Shown here in pieces: positions 47,283-57,500 of a stretch of DNA of 64,000 nt. Position 1 is the stretch's first letter, and the number at the start of each line of letters is the position of its first letter. The DNA lies in assembly GCA_041660485.1 (NCBI GenBank), contig JBAZWF010000001.1, forward strand, positions 179,812 to 243,811, written 5' to 3'. Under the pieces are notes generated by a model. It was not told the DNA's origin. It saw nothing but the letters and a program-made list of their open reading frames with translations, and searched no databases. This DNA is from Candidatus Pacearchaeota archaeon (GTDB lineage Archaea; Nanobdellota; Nanobdellia; Pacearchaeales; GW2011-AR1). The translations under genes and the position numbers were made by a program.

Positions 47283-48413
47283 TCAAGCAGAACACACTAA
47301 AGCAGCACATCGAGGTTCTAATTTTCCTTCATTTTCTACAATAATTGTAATGCAATCTTGATGAGTCAATGCCTTAGGATAAATATCCTCTTTCCAATGT
47401 GCATTATCACAACCCGAACCGCAAATTGGTTGTCTTGCACAAAATTGAATTTGAGAACATCCATCTTTATCAATTTCTACTCCTTTTTTAGTATTAAGAC
47501 ATAAATCTTCATTATCACAAACCTCATCATTGTCAGCATCTGTGCAATTCTTACAACTAAATGGACAAGTTGGACCTAAGGCGCCATTATAATATCTATT
47601 ACCTATGCAATTAACACAATAAGTATTTTGAAGATAATTAAAATCATATATCCCTAAGAAATAAATATCATTGTCCCAGATTTGGTTATTTATGCTAAGA
47701 ACTAACATAGATAGACTGATATTATTTGAAATCATAGTATTTTTTGTAATAGTATTATTTTCTGTATCCATATTTAGTTCAATTTCGCCTTGAGTATTAT
47801 TTTTAATATAGTTTCCAATTAAAATATTATTTCTAGCAATATTTTTTTCAGATGAAGATAGCTCAAAGCCCATATAATTATTTGAAGCAGTATTATTTTC
47901 AAGATAATTATATTGTGATAATATGTAGAAACCATAAAAACCATTATTTGAACCAGTATTTCCTATAAGGTTGCTTCTATTATCTTCTAATCTAAAACCA
48001 AACCAGGTATTATTTGTTGCAGTGTTATTGAAAAAGTTAATAACTCCTAATTTATTCTTTTGAACAAAAAATCCGTTTGTATAATTTACCACATTGCAAT
48101 TTTTTATAGTTATATTGCCTGCATTAGAAGAATTTACTAGAACTCCGGTTTTATAATGAAGAACATAACTATCTCCAATTAAACGAGAATTATTGCAATC
48201 TAAAATAGTTATATTGCTTGAAACAGAATTTATTTTAATTCCGTTTGTCAGGAAATAGTTTCCCTGGCAAAATACTGTACTTTTGTTTATAACCATTCCA
48301 TTATACGGCACAATACACGAAGCATAAACCCCTGCTATAGAAATAGATAATATAAAGATAATACTAATTAATAATAAAATTGTGGTTGTTATCTTGCTCT
48401 TTCTCTTTTTCAT
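47283..48413 (-). CDS. Secreted parallel beta-helix (PbH1/NosD-like) repeat protein with a Cys-rich, TSP3-like acidic C-terminal module
   Basis: Signal peptide; repeated N-x-(I/A)-x-x-N-x-x-(Y/F)G(F/I) units; CTDADNDEVCDNEDLC. Confidence 0.75.
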   Translation of the reverse strand: MKKRKSKITTTILLLISIIFILSISIAGVYASCIVPYNGMVINKSTVFCQGNYFLTNGIKINSVSSNITILDCNNSRLIGDSYVLHYKTGVLVNSSNAGNITIKNCNVVNYTNGFFVQKNKLGVINFFNNTATNNTWFGFRLEDNRSNLIGNTGSNNGFYGFYILSQYNYLENNTASNNYMGFELSSSEKNIARNNILIGNYIKNNTQGEIELNMDTENNTITKNTMISNNISLSMLVLSINNQIWDNDIYFLGIYDFNYLQNTYCVNCIGNRYYNGALGPTCPFSCKNCTDADNDEVCDNEDLCLNTKKGVEIDKDGCSQIQFCARQPICGSGCDNAHWKEDIYPKALTHQDCITIIVENEGKLEPRCAALVCSA

Positions 48414-48578
48414 TTTTCTATTATCCTCCTTTCCTATTTAAGCAATATTGTAATGTTCTAGGGTATTTTCTTTTATTACTAAGAGTTAGAGAATTAGGGG
48501 GAGTAGTGAAAAGTTCACTTAAGAAAAAAACTAACTCTTCATTTCAATTTTTATATTAACACTTCAGAGAATTAAAAG

Positions 48579-48938
48579 CTATCTTTTCCTGCCCTTTCTT
48601 GAAAACAAAGTTATAAACATGTCATCTAGCTTTTCTTCTTGATTCTTTATTTTTTTAGAATTAACACAGCTTCGCCTTAAAATATCTTCAATTTGTTCAG
48701 AGATGCTGAACATATTTTTATTAGCGCGCTTTTGAATTAGCTTTATAACTTCAGGATTAAGATATAATTCAATTTTATTTTTAGCAATTTGATTAGAAGA
48801 ACTGCTTAAAGAAGCAAATGCAGAATCAACTTCACTGACTGGCCAGTTATTTTTGATTAATGGCTCGCGAATTTGATAATCATCGAAACCACGTCTTCTA
48901 GCTTCTTTAATAAATTTAATTAAATCTTGGTTTACCAT
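48579..48938 (-). CDS. Hypothetical protein (119 aa from MVNQ)
   Basis: Start is 1 nt after the upstream stop. ARRRGFDDYQIREPLIKNNWPVSEVDSA motif. Confidence 0.5.
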   Translation of the reverse strand: MVNQDLIKFIKEARRRGFDDYQIREPLIKNNWPVSEVDSAFASLSSSSNQIAKNKIELYLNPEVIKLIQKRANKNMFSISEQIEDILRRSCVNSKKIKNQEEKLDDMFITLFSRKGRKR

Positions 48939-48939
48939 T

Positions 48940-49224
48940 TTATTTTTTTCCTTTAGGATTAACATAAACTTTCTGAACTGCAAAGCTTTTGTAAATTCCT
49001 TCTAAAATATCTGTTCCTGCATAACCTGCTAAGAGAGATAATCTAGGATCAAAATCAAATATTATTCCAACAAAAACCCCAATAATTATTGCAATTACAA
49101 CAGTAATTGCATAGTAACTCCAGATTATTCTTCTTTTAAGCGAAAGAGCTTTTAAAAGCCCAACAACTCCACGAGTTAATCCTCCAACACCTCCAAGAAT
49201 TGCAGCTAGAAGTAATCCATCCAT
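48940..49224 (-). CDS. Small membrane protein (94 aa)
   Basis: Gly-rich N-terminal helix plus TM. Confidence 0.5.
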   Translation of the reverse strand: MDGLLLAAILGGVGGLTRGVVGLLKALSLKRRIIWSYYAITVVIAIIIGVFVGIIFDFDPRLSLLAGYAGTDILEGIYKSFAVQKVYVNPKGKK

Positions 49225-49293
49225 AAATTATGTTTTTTCATCCCCTTTCTATAATTAACCTTCAAAGACTTTTAAATGTTTTGCTATAACTTC

Positions 49294-49860
49294 TCACTCC
49301 AAATACATCGACGGTTGGGAAGACATCTTTGAAATAATAAACCTTGCGCCTGTAACATCAGAATCAATTGCAGTTATCAACAAATTATTAACAATTGCTT
49401 TGAAAACTCCTCCAATTCGCGGAATCTTTGCTTTTTCTGAAAATGATGCTAAGATATTTTCTATTTCTTCTTTTGTTAAAGAAATTTTAGTTATAGACTG
49501 TCTGCTAATTGTTCTCACATTAAGAAATCTTCCAGGCCCGGGACATTCAACACTTACAACACTTAAATTTGAAATTATTCTTGCAATTTTACTTAAATAT
49601 AATCCATTATAAAAATCAGCTTCACTTATTCCAACTTCTACAGCAGGTAATGGAACAACTAACTCAGTTTTAACTTCAGGTTTTGGCGAAGCAACAAAAA
49701 CAATTTCTTCTTTTTTAGTTAAATTTAAAATTGAAGGAGCTAATTTTTGCGCAACTTTTCTTGTTATTGCCTGTCTTAATTTTTCCTTAGATTGTTCAGA
49801 CATAGAATTAAGAATTAACTCTTTAGTAAATTCATTAACAAATTCAGTTCTTTGAGACAT
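49294..49860 (-). CDS. Stand-alone FlaI/GspE/VirB11-type N-terminal domain protein (no ATPase domain)
   Basis: VVSVECPGPGRFLNVRTISRQSITKISLTKEEIENILASFSEKAKIPRIGGVFKAIVNNLLITAIDSDVTGARFIISK follows the N-domain pattern of archaeal secretion ATPases and stops where the Walker A domain would begin. Confidence 0.55.
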   Translation of the reverse strand: MSQRTEFVNEFTKELILNSMSEQSKEKLRQAITRKVAQKLAPSILNLTKKEEIVFVASPKPEVKTELVVPLPAVEVGISEADFYNGLYLSKIARIISNLSVVSVECPGPGRFLNVRTISRQSITKISLTKEEIENILASFSEKAKIPRIGGVFKAIVNNLLITAIDSDVTGARFIISKMSSQPSMYLE

Positions 49861-49861
49861 T

Positions 49862-50392
49862 TTAGAATCTTGGAAGCTGTTTTGGTTTAGCAGATTCAGC
49901 ATTAGGTTGTTCTGGCGCAGGTTTTATTGAAGGTTGCATTTGTTGCTGAATAACAACCGCAGGTGCAGGAGTAGAAGCTGGCATTTTTTCTCTTACTCTT
50001 TCTTCCATCATTGTTAATCCTTTTGCAATTAACTTATTCTGTTCTAATAATTTATCAAGTTTTTCTAAAAATTCTTTATCTTCAGTTGTTATTCCTACAC
50101 TTTGTTTTTCAGCAAATGATTTAGCTGAAATTTCAAATAAAGTTAATAATTTAGAAATATTATCAGAAAGTCCATTAAATTTAACAGCCATATCTGCCAT
50201 TGTTCTCTGCAAACCAACAAAATTCTCAACAAGTAGTTTTTGCATCTCTACATCAGACATTTTCTTAGAACTTTTATGTGGAGAAGATATTTTAATATTA
50301 ATTGATTTTGGAGTTCCTGTTTTTTTAACAGTTTTTGTTGTAACTGTTTCTATCACTTCACTCTTTTTTTTAGCCATATTATATTTAGTCAT
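49862..50392 (-). CDS. Hypothetical coiled-coil protein with a Pro/Gln-rich tail (176 aa)
   Basis: ORF only. Confidence 0.5.
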   Translation of the reverse strand: MTKYNMAKKKSEVIETVTTKTVKKTGTPKSINIKISSPHKSSKKMSDVEMQKLLVENFVGLQRTMADMAVKFNGLSDNISKLLTLFEISAKSFAEKQSVGITTEDKEFLEKLDKLLEQNKLIAKGLTMMEERVREKMPASTPAPAVVIQQQMQPSIKPAPEQPNAESAKPKQLPRF

Positions 50393-50412
50393 AAGTAATT
50401 TATAAATGTTAT

Positions 50413-52437
50413 CTAAATAGTGCTTTCATTTCTTAATATCTTTAAAACAAGGTTATAAACTTCTGGAGTTTCATCAACACTAATAAGTTTTGAATGCAAC
50501 TTTCCTACAAGTGCACAAGTTCCATTTATCTGATAATTATTAGCTCCCTCAAGCTTTGCACTATTAGCAGTTACAATTCCATCTCCATCTTCACCATTCA
50601 TATCACAACCCGAACCATAAATAACTGAAATTGGAACATCTGGCAAATCTCCATTATTTAGCTTATTCATAAACAAACTATCTTCTTTCATATCCTTGCA
50701 TTCAAGAGTTTCTCCGAAATAATCACAATATGTAGCAACATCTCCAACAATTCCTTTATTAGGAGTTCCAATCAAAATAACCTGCTCAATATCATTAGTT
50801 CCAAATATCTGCATATATCTCCGGGTAACAAGCCCGCCCATTGAATGAGCAATAATAACAACCTTAGGCCTATTAGTTTCATATTTAACTGTTTTAATTA
50901 AATCATTTAATCTAACTGCATAAGTATCAATATTCTCATTTTTAGTCTGAACAGAAATTACAGTTCCAGTTTGTTTAAATACATCAAAATAATAACTTAA
51001 TTTTAAGGTAATAGGAACATCAGCCCAGACAATCTCGCCCCTTGAAACATTATCTTTTGAATAAAGAGAAATTATTCCTGCATCAAGATAGCCCTCTTTT
51101 TCAAATTTAGCCTGAATTTCATTAAATGCATCTAAACTATATTCAGCAGAAACTTCTTTGCTAAAATCATGTCCATGCAATAATAATATTGGATATTTAT
51201 CAGCTTTACTTCTGCATAAATTATCAGTGCAACATTCTTCACAAACCCCAAATACACAACATTGCAAAGGCTGATTTCCTAATGAAATATTAACTAAATT
51301 ATCTCGAGTTCTAACAAAATTTATTTTTCCATATAAAACTGGATTAGATTTAATAATAACCAAACTACCATCACCAACAGAGGTTATTTTCATTTTTTCA
51401 ACTAAACTTTCCTTCCCATTAACAAATTCTAATTCAAATGCATTTAATTGAATCATTTTACTATTCAACTCACTTTTTAAACCAAAATCATCATTTAATT
51501 TATTAAAATCAATAATTAAACTATTTAACTCACTATTCAGACTATCATTTTTTAATAAAGAAACATTTGAACTTAAATTTCCAATATCAGAACTTAAATT
51601 ATTCAGTCGATCAATTGCATTATTATAAATAACAGACTTATTAATTACCTCACCTTTCAAACTTTCAAACTGATTCGAATGAGGAACATATAAACTTCCA
51701 ACTATGCCTAAATTATATTCAAATTCATCAAAGTTATAGCTATCCCAATAAGTTTTTAATCCAGTTAAATCACTTTTAATTAAATCATTTTCAGATTTAG
51801 ACTTATTTAATCTAACATAATAATTATCAACTAGCATTGTCTTGCTTATTTCACCAAGCATTTGTTGTAGAGAATTAATATCATTTTCAATTTGATTTAT
51901 TTTGCCTACAGCAACATCAAAATTATTTTTAGACTGCTCTTTTGCTAATTGTTGTTCATTATTTAACCTATAATCTAAAGTAATCAAAACCTCTCTCCTT
52001 TTCAAATCTTGAGAAGTATCGCATAAAAATGTAGGAATACTTAAACATTCAACCTCAAAACGATATAATTCCTGTCCTTCTCCAGTTTTATCTGGTTTAA
52101 GAACATAATCTTTGCTTAAAGGAACAGCCAATGTTAAAATAGAACTATCTTTATCAATTCCCCTATTCGTACTTATATCTAAAAATTGAGAAGTGCATTG
52201 AACTTTGCAAAAGGGATTTGCAGTTACTTTAGTAGTAAAACTAACTTTTGCTTCTTCTCCATTTAAAACAATAAAATTTTCTTTATTTGCATTTAAGTTT
52301 ATTAAAACATCATGCCCAAGAATAAATTTAAAATAAAGAAATATCCTTGCCCCAAATAAAAATATAAATACAATAAATAAAAATAATATTAAACACAAAA
52401 TAATCTTCTTAGTTCTTGTTAATTTTTTCCTAGCCAT
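50413..52437 (-). CDS. N-terminally membrane-anchored protein with a C-terminal alpha/beta-hydrolase (lipase class 2 / PGAP1-like) domain
   Basis: TM at the N-terminus; ILLLHGH, VVIIAHSMGGLVTRRY (GxSxG nucleophile elbow), GDGIVT. Confidence 0.75.
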   Translation of the reverse strand: MARKKLTRTKKIILCLILFLFIVFIFLFGARIFLYFKFILGHDVLINLNANKENFIVLNGEEAKVSFTTKVTANPFCKVQCTSQFLDISTNRGIDKDSSILTLAVPLSKDYVLKPDKTGEGQELYRFEVECLSIPTFLCDTSQDLKRREVLITLDYRLNNEQQLAKEQSKNNFDVAVGKINQIENDINSLQQMLGEISKTMLVDNYYVRLNKSKSENDLIKSDLTGLKTYWDSYNFDEFEYNLGIVGSLYVPHSNQFESLKGEVINKSVIYNNAIDRLNNLSSDIGNLSSNVSLLKNDSLNSELNSLIIDFNKLNDDFGLKSELNSKMIQLNAFELEFVNGKESLVEKMKITSVGDGSLVIIKSNPVLYGKINFVRTRDNLVNISLGNQPLQCCVFGVCEECCTDNLCRSKADKYPILLLHGHDFSKEVSAEYSLDAFNEIQAKFEKEGYLDAGIISLYSKDNVSRGEIVWADVPITLKLSYYFDVFKQTGTVISVQTKNENIDTYAVRLNDLIKTVKYETNRPKVVIIAHSMGGLVTRRYMQIFGTNDIEQVILIGTPNKGIVGDVATYCDYFGETLECKDMKEDSLFMNKLNNGDLPDVPISVIYGSGCDMNGEDGDGIVTANSAKLEGANNYQINGTCALVGKLHSKLISVDETPEVYNLVLKILRNESTI

Positions 52438-52468
52438 TAATATAATACAAATTATCGATATAAAAAAC

Positions 52469-54547
52469 TTATCTTAGGATAGATCTTGCCCTTTTTTGAA
52501 GCTCTTCAGCAAGTTCTGCTTTTTTCTTTGAAAGCTGTTCTTCCTGCATTCTTGCATTCTGCCTCATTCTATCTTCAAATTGACGATTATATTTTGACTT
52601 AAGCATATCTTCTCTTCTCTTTAATTCCTGAAGCATTTCTAGATGAGCTTTTTCAGCAAACTCCTTCTGCAGTTTTATTCTTTCCTGTTTTACTTTATCT
52701 TCCTCTTCTTTTTTAAACAAATTAATTTTATCCATAATAACTCTTTTTTCACTTGCAATTTCAATATTTTTCTCTTTTTCAAGTTCAAGCAATTTCTTTT
52801 CTTTTAATCTTAGAGCAGCTTCCTGAGCTTCATGTTTTGCATTCATTTCCTTAAGCTTATTTTCAAGTTTTTTCTTTTCTAATAAAATTTCTTCATTTGC
52901 CTGATGTCCAAACTCTTTTCTTAATTGCTCTTGCAGTTTCTTCTTTTTAAGTTGAATACTTTTATTTAATTGATTGCTGTAATCGAGTTTCATTTTTCTT
53001 TTTAATTCCATTCTTTCCATAATTCCAATTTCAGATATTTTTTGAGCCATTTCTTTTTTCTTCGATTCATATTCTTGCTGAAGTCTTTGTTTTTCTTCAC
53101 TAATATGTTTATTTAATTCAGAATCGAATCTATTATTGTAGCTTTGTTTAAGCTTTTCAGTTAAATTATGAATTTCTTTTTTATGTTCTTCAATAACTTT
53201 CTTATGTTCTTCTTCTTTTATTTTATGCTGATTATGTTTCAATTTAGACTGTTGTAAAATTAAATGCCTATTTTTCTGTTTTTGCTTTTCAAGAGCATAA
53301 GTTGTTTCAGAAAGATTTTGATTAAGCAATTGATTCATTTTTTGCTCATGAGTTAAAGAATCTCTTAACTGTTTTGTCTGCTCTTCAACAAGCTCAGCTT
53401 GTTTTTGTCTCTGCATATTAACAAAATTATTCATCTTAATAACAAACTGCCTTTTCAAATCATCACTTAATTTTTTTCTTTTCAAAATCAATTCCTGATT
53501 AATTCTATCATTTGCCTGCTGAGTAAGCTCGCTTCTAATTTTATTCTGGAAATTCAAAACATCATGTCTGTCTTTAATCTTCTGTTTTTCAAGTTCCTGA
53601 ACTTTCTTCTTTAAAAGAACATCATTAATTATCTTCTGTCTATCAATTTCTCTTAATTTCTTGCCCAATGATTCCCGATTAATTTTATCATTACTAATTA
53701 ATTTTCTTTCAATTTCATTTTTCTCTTTCTGAAGTCTCAGTAATTTTTCTTTAATATCTTTCTGTTCATTTTCCATCTGTCTTTGCTGTGCAACTTTATC
53801 TTTTCTTACTTCATTTGCTAATTGTGATCTAAATTGTATTTCAAGATTTCTTTTTTCCTTTTCAAATTCTTCTTTATATTTTTGCTTCATTCGCGAAACA
53901 TAAAATAAATCTAATTTTGTCCTCTCTGCTTCAAATCTTTTTCTTAATTCATCAGAAAACTTTTGAGCAACTTCTTTTTGAAGCTCAATTTTAACTTTAT
54001 CTTTATAATCTTCCTTAAGTTTACCCTGCATATCATTATACTTTTCTTCAAGTTCTTTTTTCCTTAATATCAAGTCCTGCCTTAAATCCTGATTAAGCTG
54101 TCTTTCTTTATTTTTAACTCTATTAGAAAGCTCAAGTTTCAAATGATTAACAAAATCCTGAAATCCTTCATCAACAACTAAACTTACATCAGAATCTTCT
54201 TTTATTTTTTTAGTTAATTGATCATTAATAGAACTTTTTAAATTTTTAATTTCTTTCCTTATCTCTAAATTTGTATCAGAAATTTCTTCAAATCCTTTTT
54301 CAATATTTTTAAGAGGAGATTTTCTCACTCCTTTATTTAATACTTTATGTCTTAAATCTCTCATTAATTTTTCAACTTCAGGAATAGCAGTTGTATCTTT
54401 TAAACGAGATCGAATAACACTAACTTCTTTTTCAAAACCTTTAGTATCTAATGTCTTCAACTCGTTCTTTATCTCTTCAAGTTTATTTACTTTGCTCTGA
54501 AAAGAATAAAAATCTTTTCTAAGCTTTTCATCACTCTTTTTCACCAT
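52469..54547 (-). CDS. K/E/Q-rich coiled-coil protein (692 aa), no TM
   Basis: Composition and heptad-like periodicity by eye. Confidence 0.65.
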   Translation of the reverse strand: MVKKSDEKLRKDFYSFQSKVNKLEEIKNELKTLDTKGFEKEVSVIRSRLKDTTAIPEVEKLMRDLRHKVLNKGVRKSPLKNIEKGFEEISDTNLEIRKEIKNLKSSINDQLTKKIKEDSDVSLVVDEGFQDFVNHLKLELSNRVKNKERQLNQDLRQDLILRKKELEEKYNDMQGKLKEDYKDKVKIELQKEVAQKFSDELRKRFEAERTKLDLFYVSRMKQKYKEEFEKEKRNLEIQFRSQLANEVRKDKVAQQRQMENEQKDIKEKLLRLQKEKNEIERKLISNDKINRESLGKKLREIDRQKIINDVLLKKKVQELEKQKIKDRHDVLNFQNKIRSELTQQANDRINQELILKRKKLSDDLKRQFVIKMNNFVNMQRQKQAELVEEQTKQLRDSLTHEQKMNQLLNQNLSETTYALEKQKQKNRHLILQQSKLKHNQHKIKEEEHKKVIEEHKKEIHNLTEKLKQSYNNRFDSELNKHISEEKQRLQQEYESKKKEMAQKISEIGIMERMELKRKMKLDYSNQLNKSIQLKKKKLQEQLRKEFGHQANEEILLEKKKLENKLKEMNAKHEAQEAALRLKEKKLLELEKEKNIEIASEKRVIMDKINLFKKEEEDKVKQERIKLQKEFAEKAHLEMLQELKRREDMLKSKYNRQFEDRMRQNARMQEEQLSKKKAELAEELQKRARSILR

Positions 54548-54587
54548 ATTTTTATCAATATATAGTAGTTATTTTTCTTTTTAAAAC

Positions 54588-57500
54588 TTACCCTTTTAAG
54601 GGATTTCTTCCTTTAAATTCATCAAGTTTCTTTTGAAGTCTTGTTGTATCATAATATCCTTTTTCCTTCCATTCTCTTAATTGTTTCTCAAGATCACCTA
54701 GTTCTTCTTTCTTAACTTCTTTTCTTCTTATCTTTCTTTTTATCTCTCTAGCTTTTCTTCTTGCAGCTTTTCTTTCAACTCTTACAAACTTCTTTCTTGC
54801 TTTTACTTTTGCTCTTATCGCTTTTCTTTCAGCTCTTGCTTTTTCTCTTATTAATTTCTTTTGAGCTTTTTCTCTTGCTCTTATTATCTTTTTCTCAGCT
54901 TTCGCAACCGCTCTTTTAATTCTATATTCTTTTATTTTTCTTGGGATTTTTTTAACTTTCTTTGCCATTGAAGCAATCATTCCCTCTTCTAACTTAGATA
55001 CTCCATAGTATTTCTTCTGTTTCCATTCTTTCAACTTATCTGACATTGAAGCAAACATCTTTCTTCTAGGTTTAACTGCAGGCATTTCAATTGGCTTTAT
55101 CACAGTTGGCTTCTCAATTCTCACAGCTCTTTCTCTTCTTACTTTTCTAAATCTAATCTTAACTTCAATTCCTGAGAAGAACTTCTTAATCTTTCCAACT
55201 GCGCTTCCAGCTACTCTTCCAATTCTTTCTTCTATTCCAATTCCAGGTCTTGCCGGTTTCACAGCTCTTTCAATTTCTCTTCTTGCTTTGAATTGAGGTA
55301 ATTTAATCTTCTTCAATTTCATTCCCTTAATACCTGAAATTTTTTCAATAATTTCTTTTCTATGCTTAATTATTGCATAAACAACTAATATCAATAAAGA
55401 TATCCATAAGATTAATTTCAAATAATACAACCAATCAAAGTATGCTTTCTTAATAATACAAGGCGCACATGAACCTCCACAATCAACATCAGTTTCATCA
55501 AAGTCTTTAATTCCATCAAAACAGAAATTACAATAACCTGCAAATGAAGAAGTAATAAGTCCAATATCTAATTTTTTTAATCCAGAAACCTGGCTTGATT
55601 TAAGTCTGCTTACTAATTTATTAGAAGCAATATCATAAACTTCAACATAATCTTCATAACATATTTTTGAGTTTACAATTCTTACTGGAGTTCCAACATC
55701 ACAAGAACTATAATTTACAGTATTATTCTCACATTTTTTAGCATCAGAACAAAGACTAAATTGCTGTCCAGATAAAACAGGTTTTCCTTGAAGAACATCA
55801 GTTACGCTATAATTAAATTCACAAAGAGAATTTTCTCCACATTTAAAATCAGGAATACAAGAACACTCTTGCTGATAGGGTTTATTTAAATTTGTTCCGC
55901 ATTCATTTAAATCAACACAGTCTTCAGCATATTTAAATCCAGGCTCTTTACAAACACTCCATGTACAATACCAATTTTCTTCACAAAGAGTAAGATTAGA
56001 AGATACTTTAACATCCCATAAAACTTCCTGAATATTAAGCCCATTGCTAATTTCAGCTTTTATCTTTGAATCTTTCAAAAATCTTTCAGTACTAAAACTT
56101 TGCAAACTATCAGTTCCTGAATCTTGTTTTCTTAAAGTAGAATCTAAATACCATTTAATTGTTAAAGGTTCACTAACACTATCTACCATAGTAACTGAAA
56201 ACTCAATTGAAGAACCATTTGCAATTATTAAAAATAATTCTTGAGGAGTATAAGTAATAATTAAATTTTTTATACAAGATTGAGTTTCTGTATAAGTAAG
56301 ATTAGTTTCATCACATCTATTTCTATCTGTCCAGATTCTACTATGAACTCCCCCTTCACATATATTCCATACACCATATTCCCATAAAGGAGTACATCCG
56401 CACGCTCTAAACTCAGTTTCAGTACTTCCACATCCATCACTTCTTGTTCTTGTTTGTTGATTATTTACACAATCACTCCAAGCACTCCAAGCACTCCAAG
56501 AAGAAGTACATCCCCCTTCTCCTTTATTATGAACTAAAACATTATTTGCATAGAAATTATGATATTTATCAATTGATTTTAAGTTATAAGTTTGAATTAC
56601 TTCATTCCAACAATTAATTGATTTTATTTCTTTATATTTCAAATCGTCAAACATAACATAATCTCCAACAATTAAATCACTTACAAAGCCCATTGCACTA
56701 TTTTCTTTTAAAGTTTCTTTTGAAGAAATTGCCTTCCATCCCTCATTTGTATAAACTGGATGTTCTTTTGTTAATTCAAGTTTAGAATTATCAGAAAATA
56801 CCAAAGAACACATATGATTTCTAACAGGTGTTTCAATTTCTTCAACTCTGCCAATATCATTTATTTTATTTTTCTCATTATAACTAAGAATATCTTCTCC
56901 AACTTTAACATCTTCAATATTTTTTTCATTTCCATCACTCATTAATATTTTTGTTCCAGCAGGGAAACAAGATGTAGGAACATCAGTACAACTTTGTGTT
57001 TCTACTTCTGTTCCTCCACAACCATCTGTTCTTGAACGTGTTTGAACACTTCCAGAACAAGCACTCCAAGCACTCCAAGCACTATAACTCGGAGTACATA
57101 CTTCTTTATCAGCGTGAATTGCACTTCCAATATATGTTCCATAATTATCATTACTTAAAGTTACCTCCCATCGTATAAATCCTCCAAAACTTTTATTAAC
57201 AGTTACATTTGCCCTATAGGAACCATTAACAAGTTTAATTATTCCTTTTTCGGGATAATAAGTTGGCCCATAAGGCTGTTGAGCAGAATTTGTTGAATTA
57301 GCACTAATATTCTGTGGATCGTAAACAAATGTTCCAGTTTCATTTATTTTAGTTATATTAATTAATAATGTAGCGTTATCTCCATCATAATAACCTCCAA
57401 ACGCTCTTAGATTTACCATTGTCAAACTAGTAATATATCTAACAATTGAAAAGTTAGTATATGATTCATTAATTGCCTTAGAATAATATTGTGAAGGAAG

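Noticed and set aside
42349-47300. A bona fide integrated mobile element or provirus in the accessory island
   Set aside because: No integrase, transposase, capsid or replication gene is recognisable, and no long terminal repeats are present. Only a 14-nt direct repeat and small dispersed elements were found, so it is called an accessory island rather than a defined mobile element.
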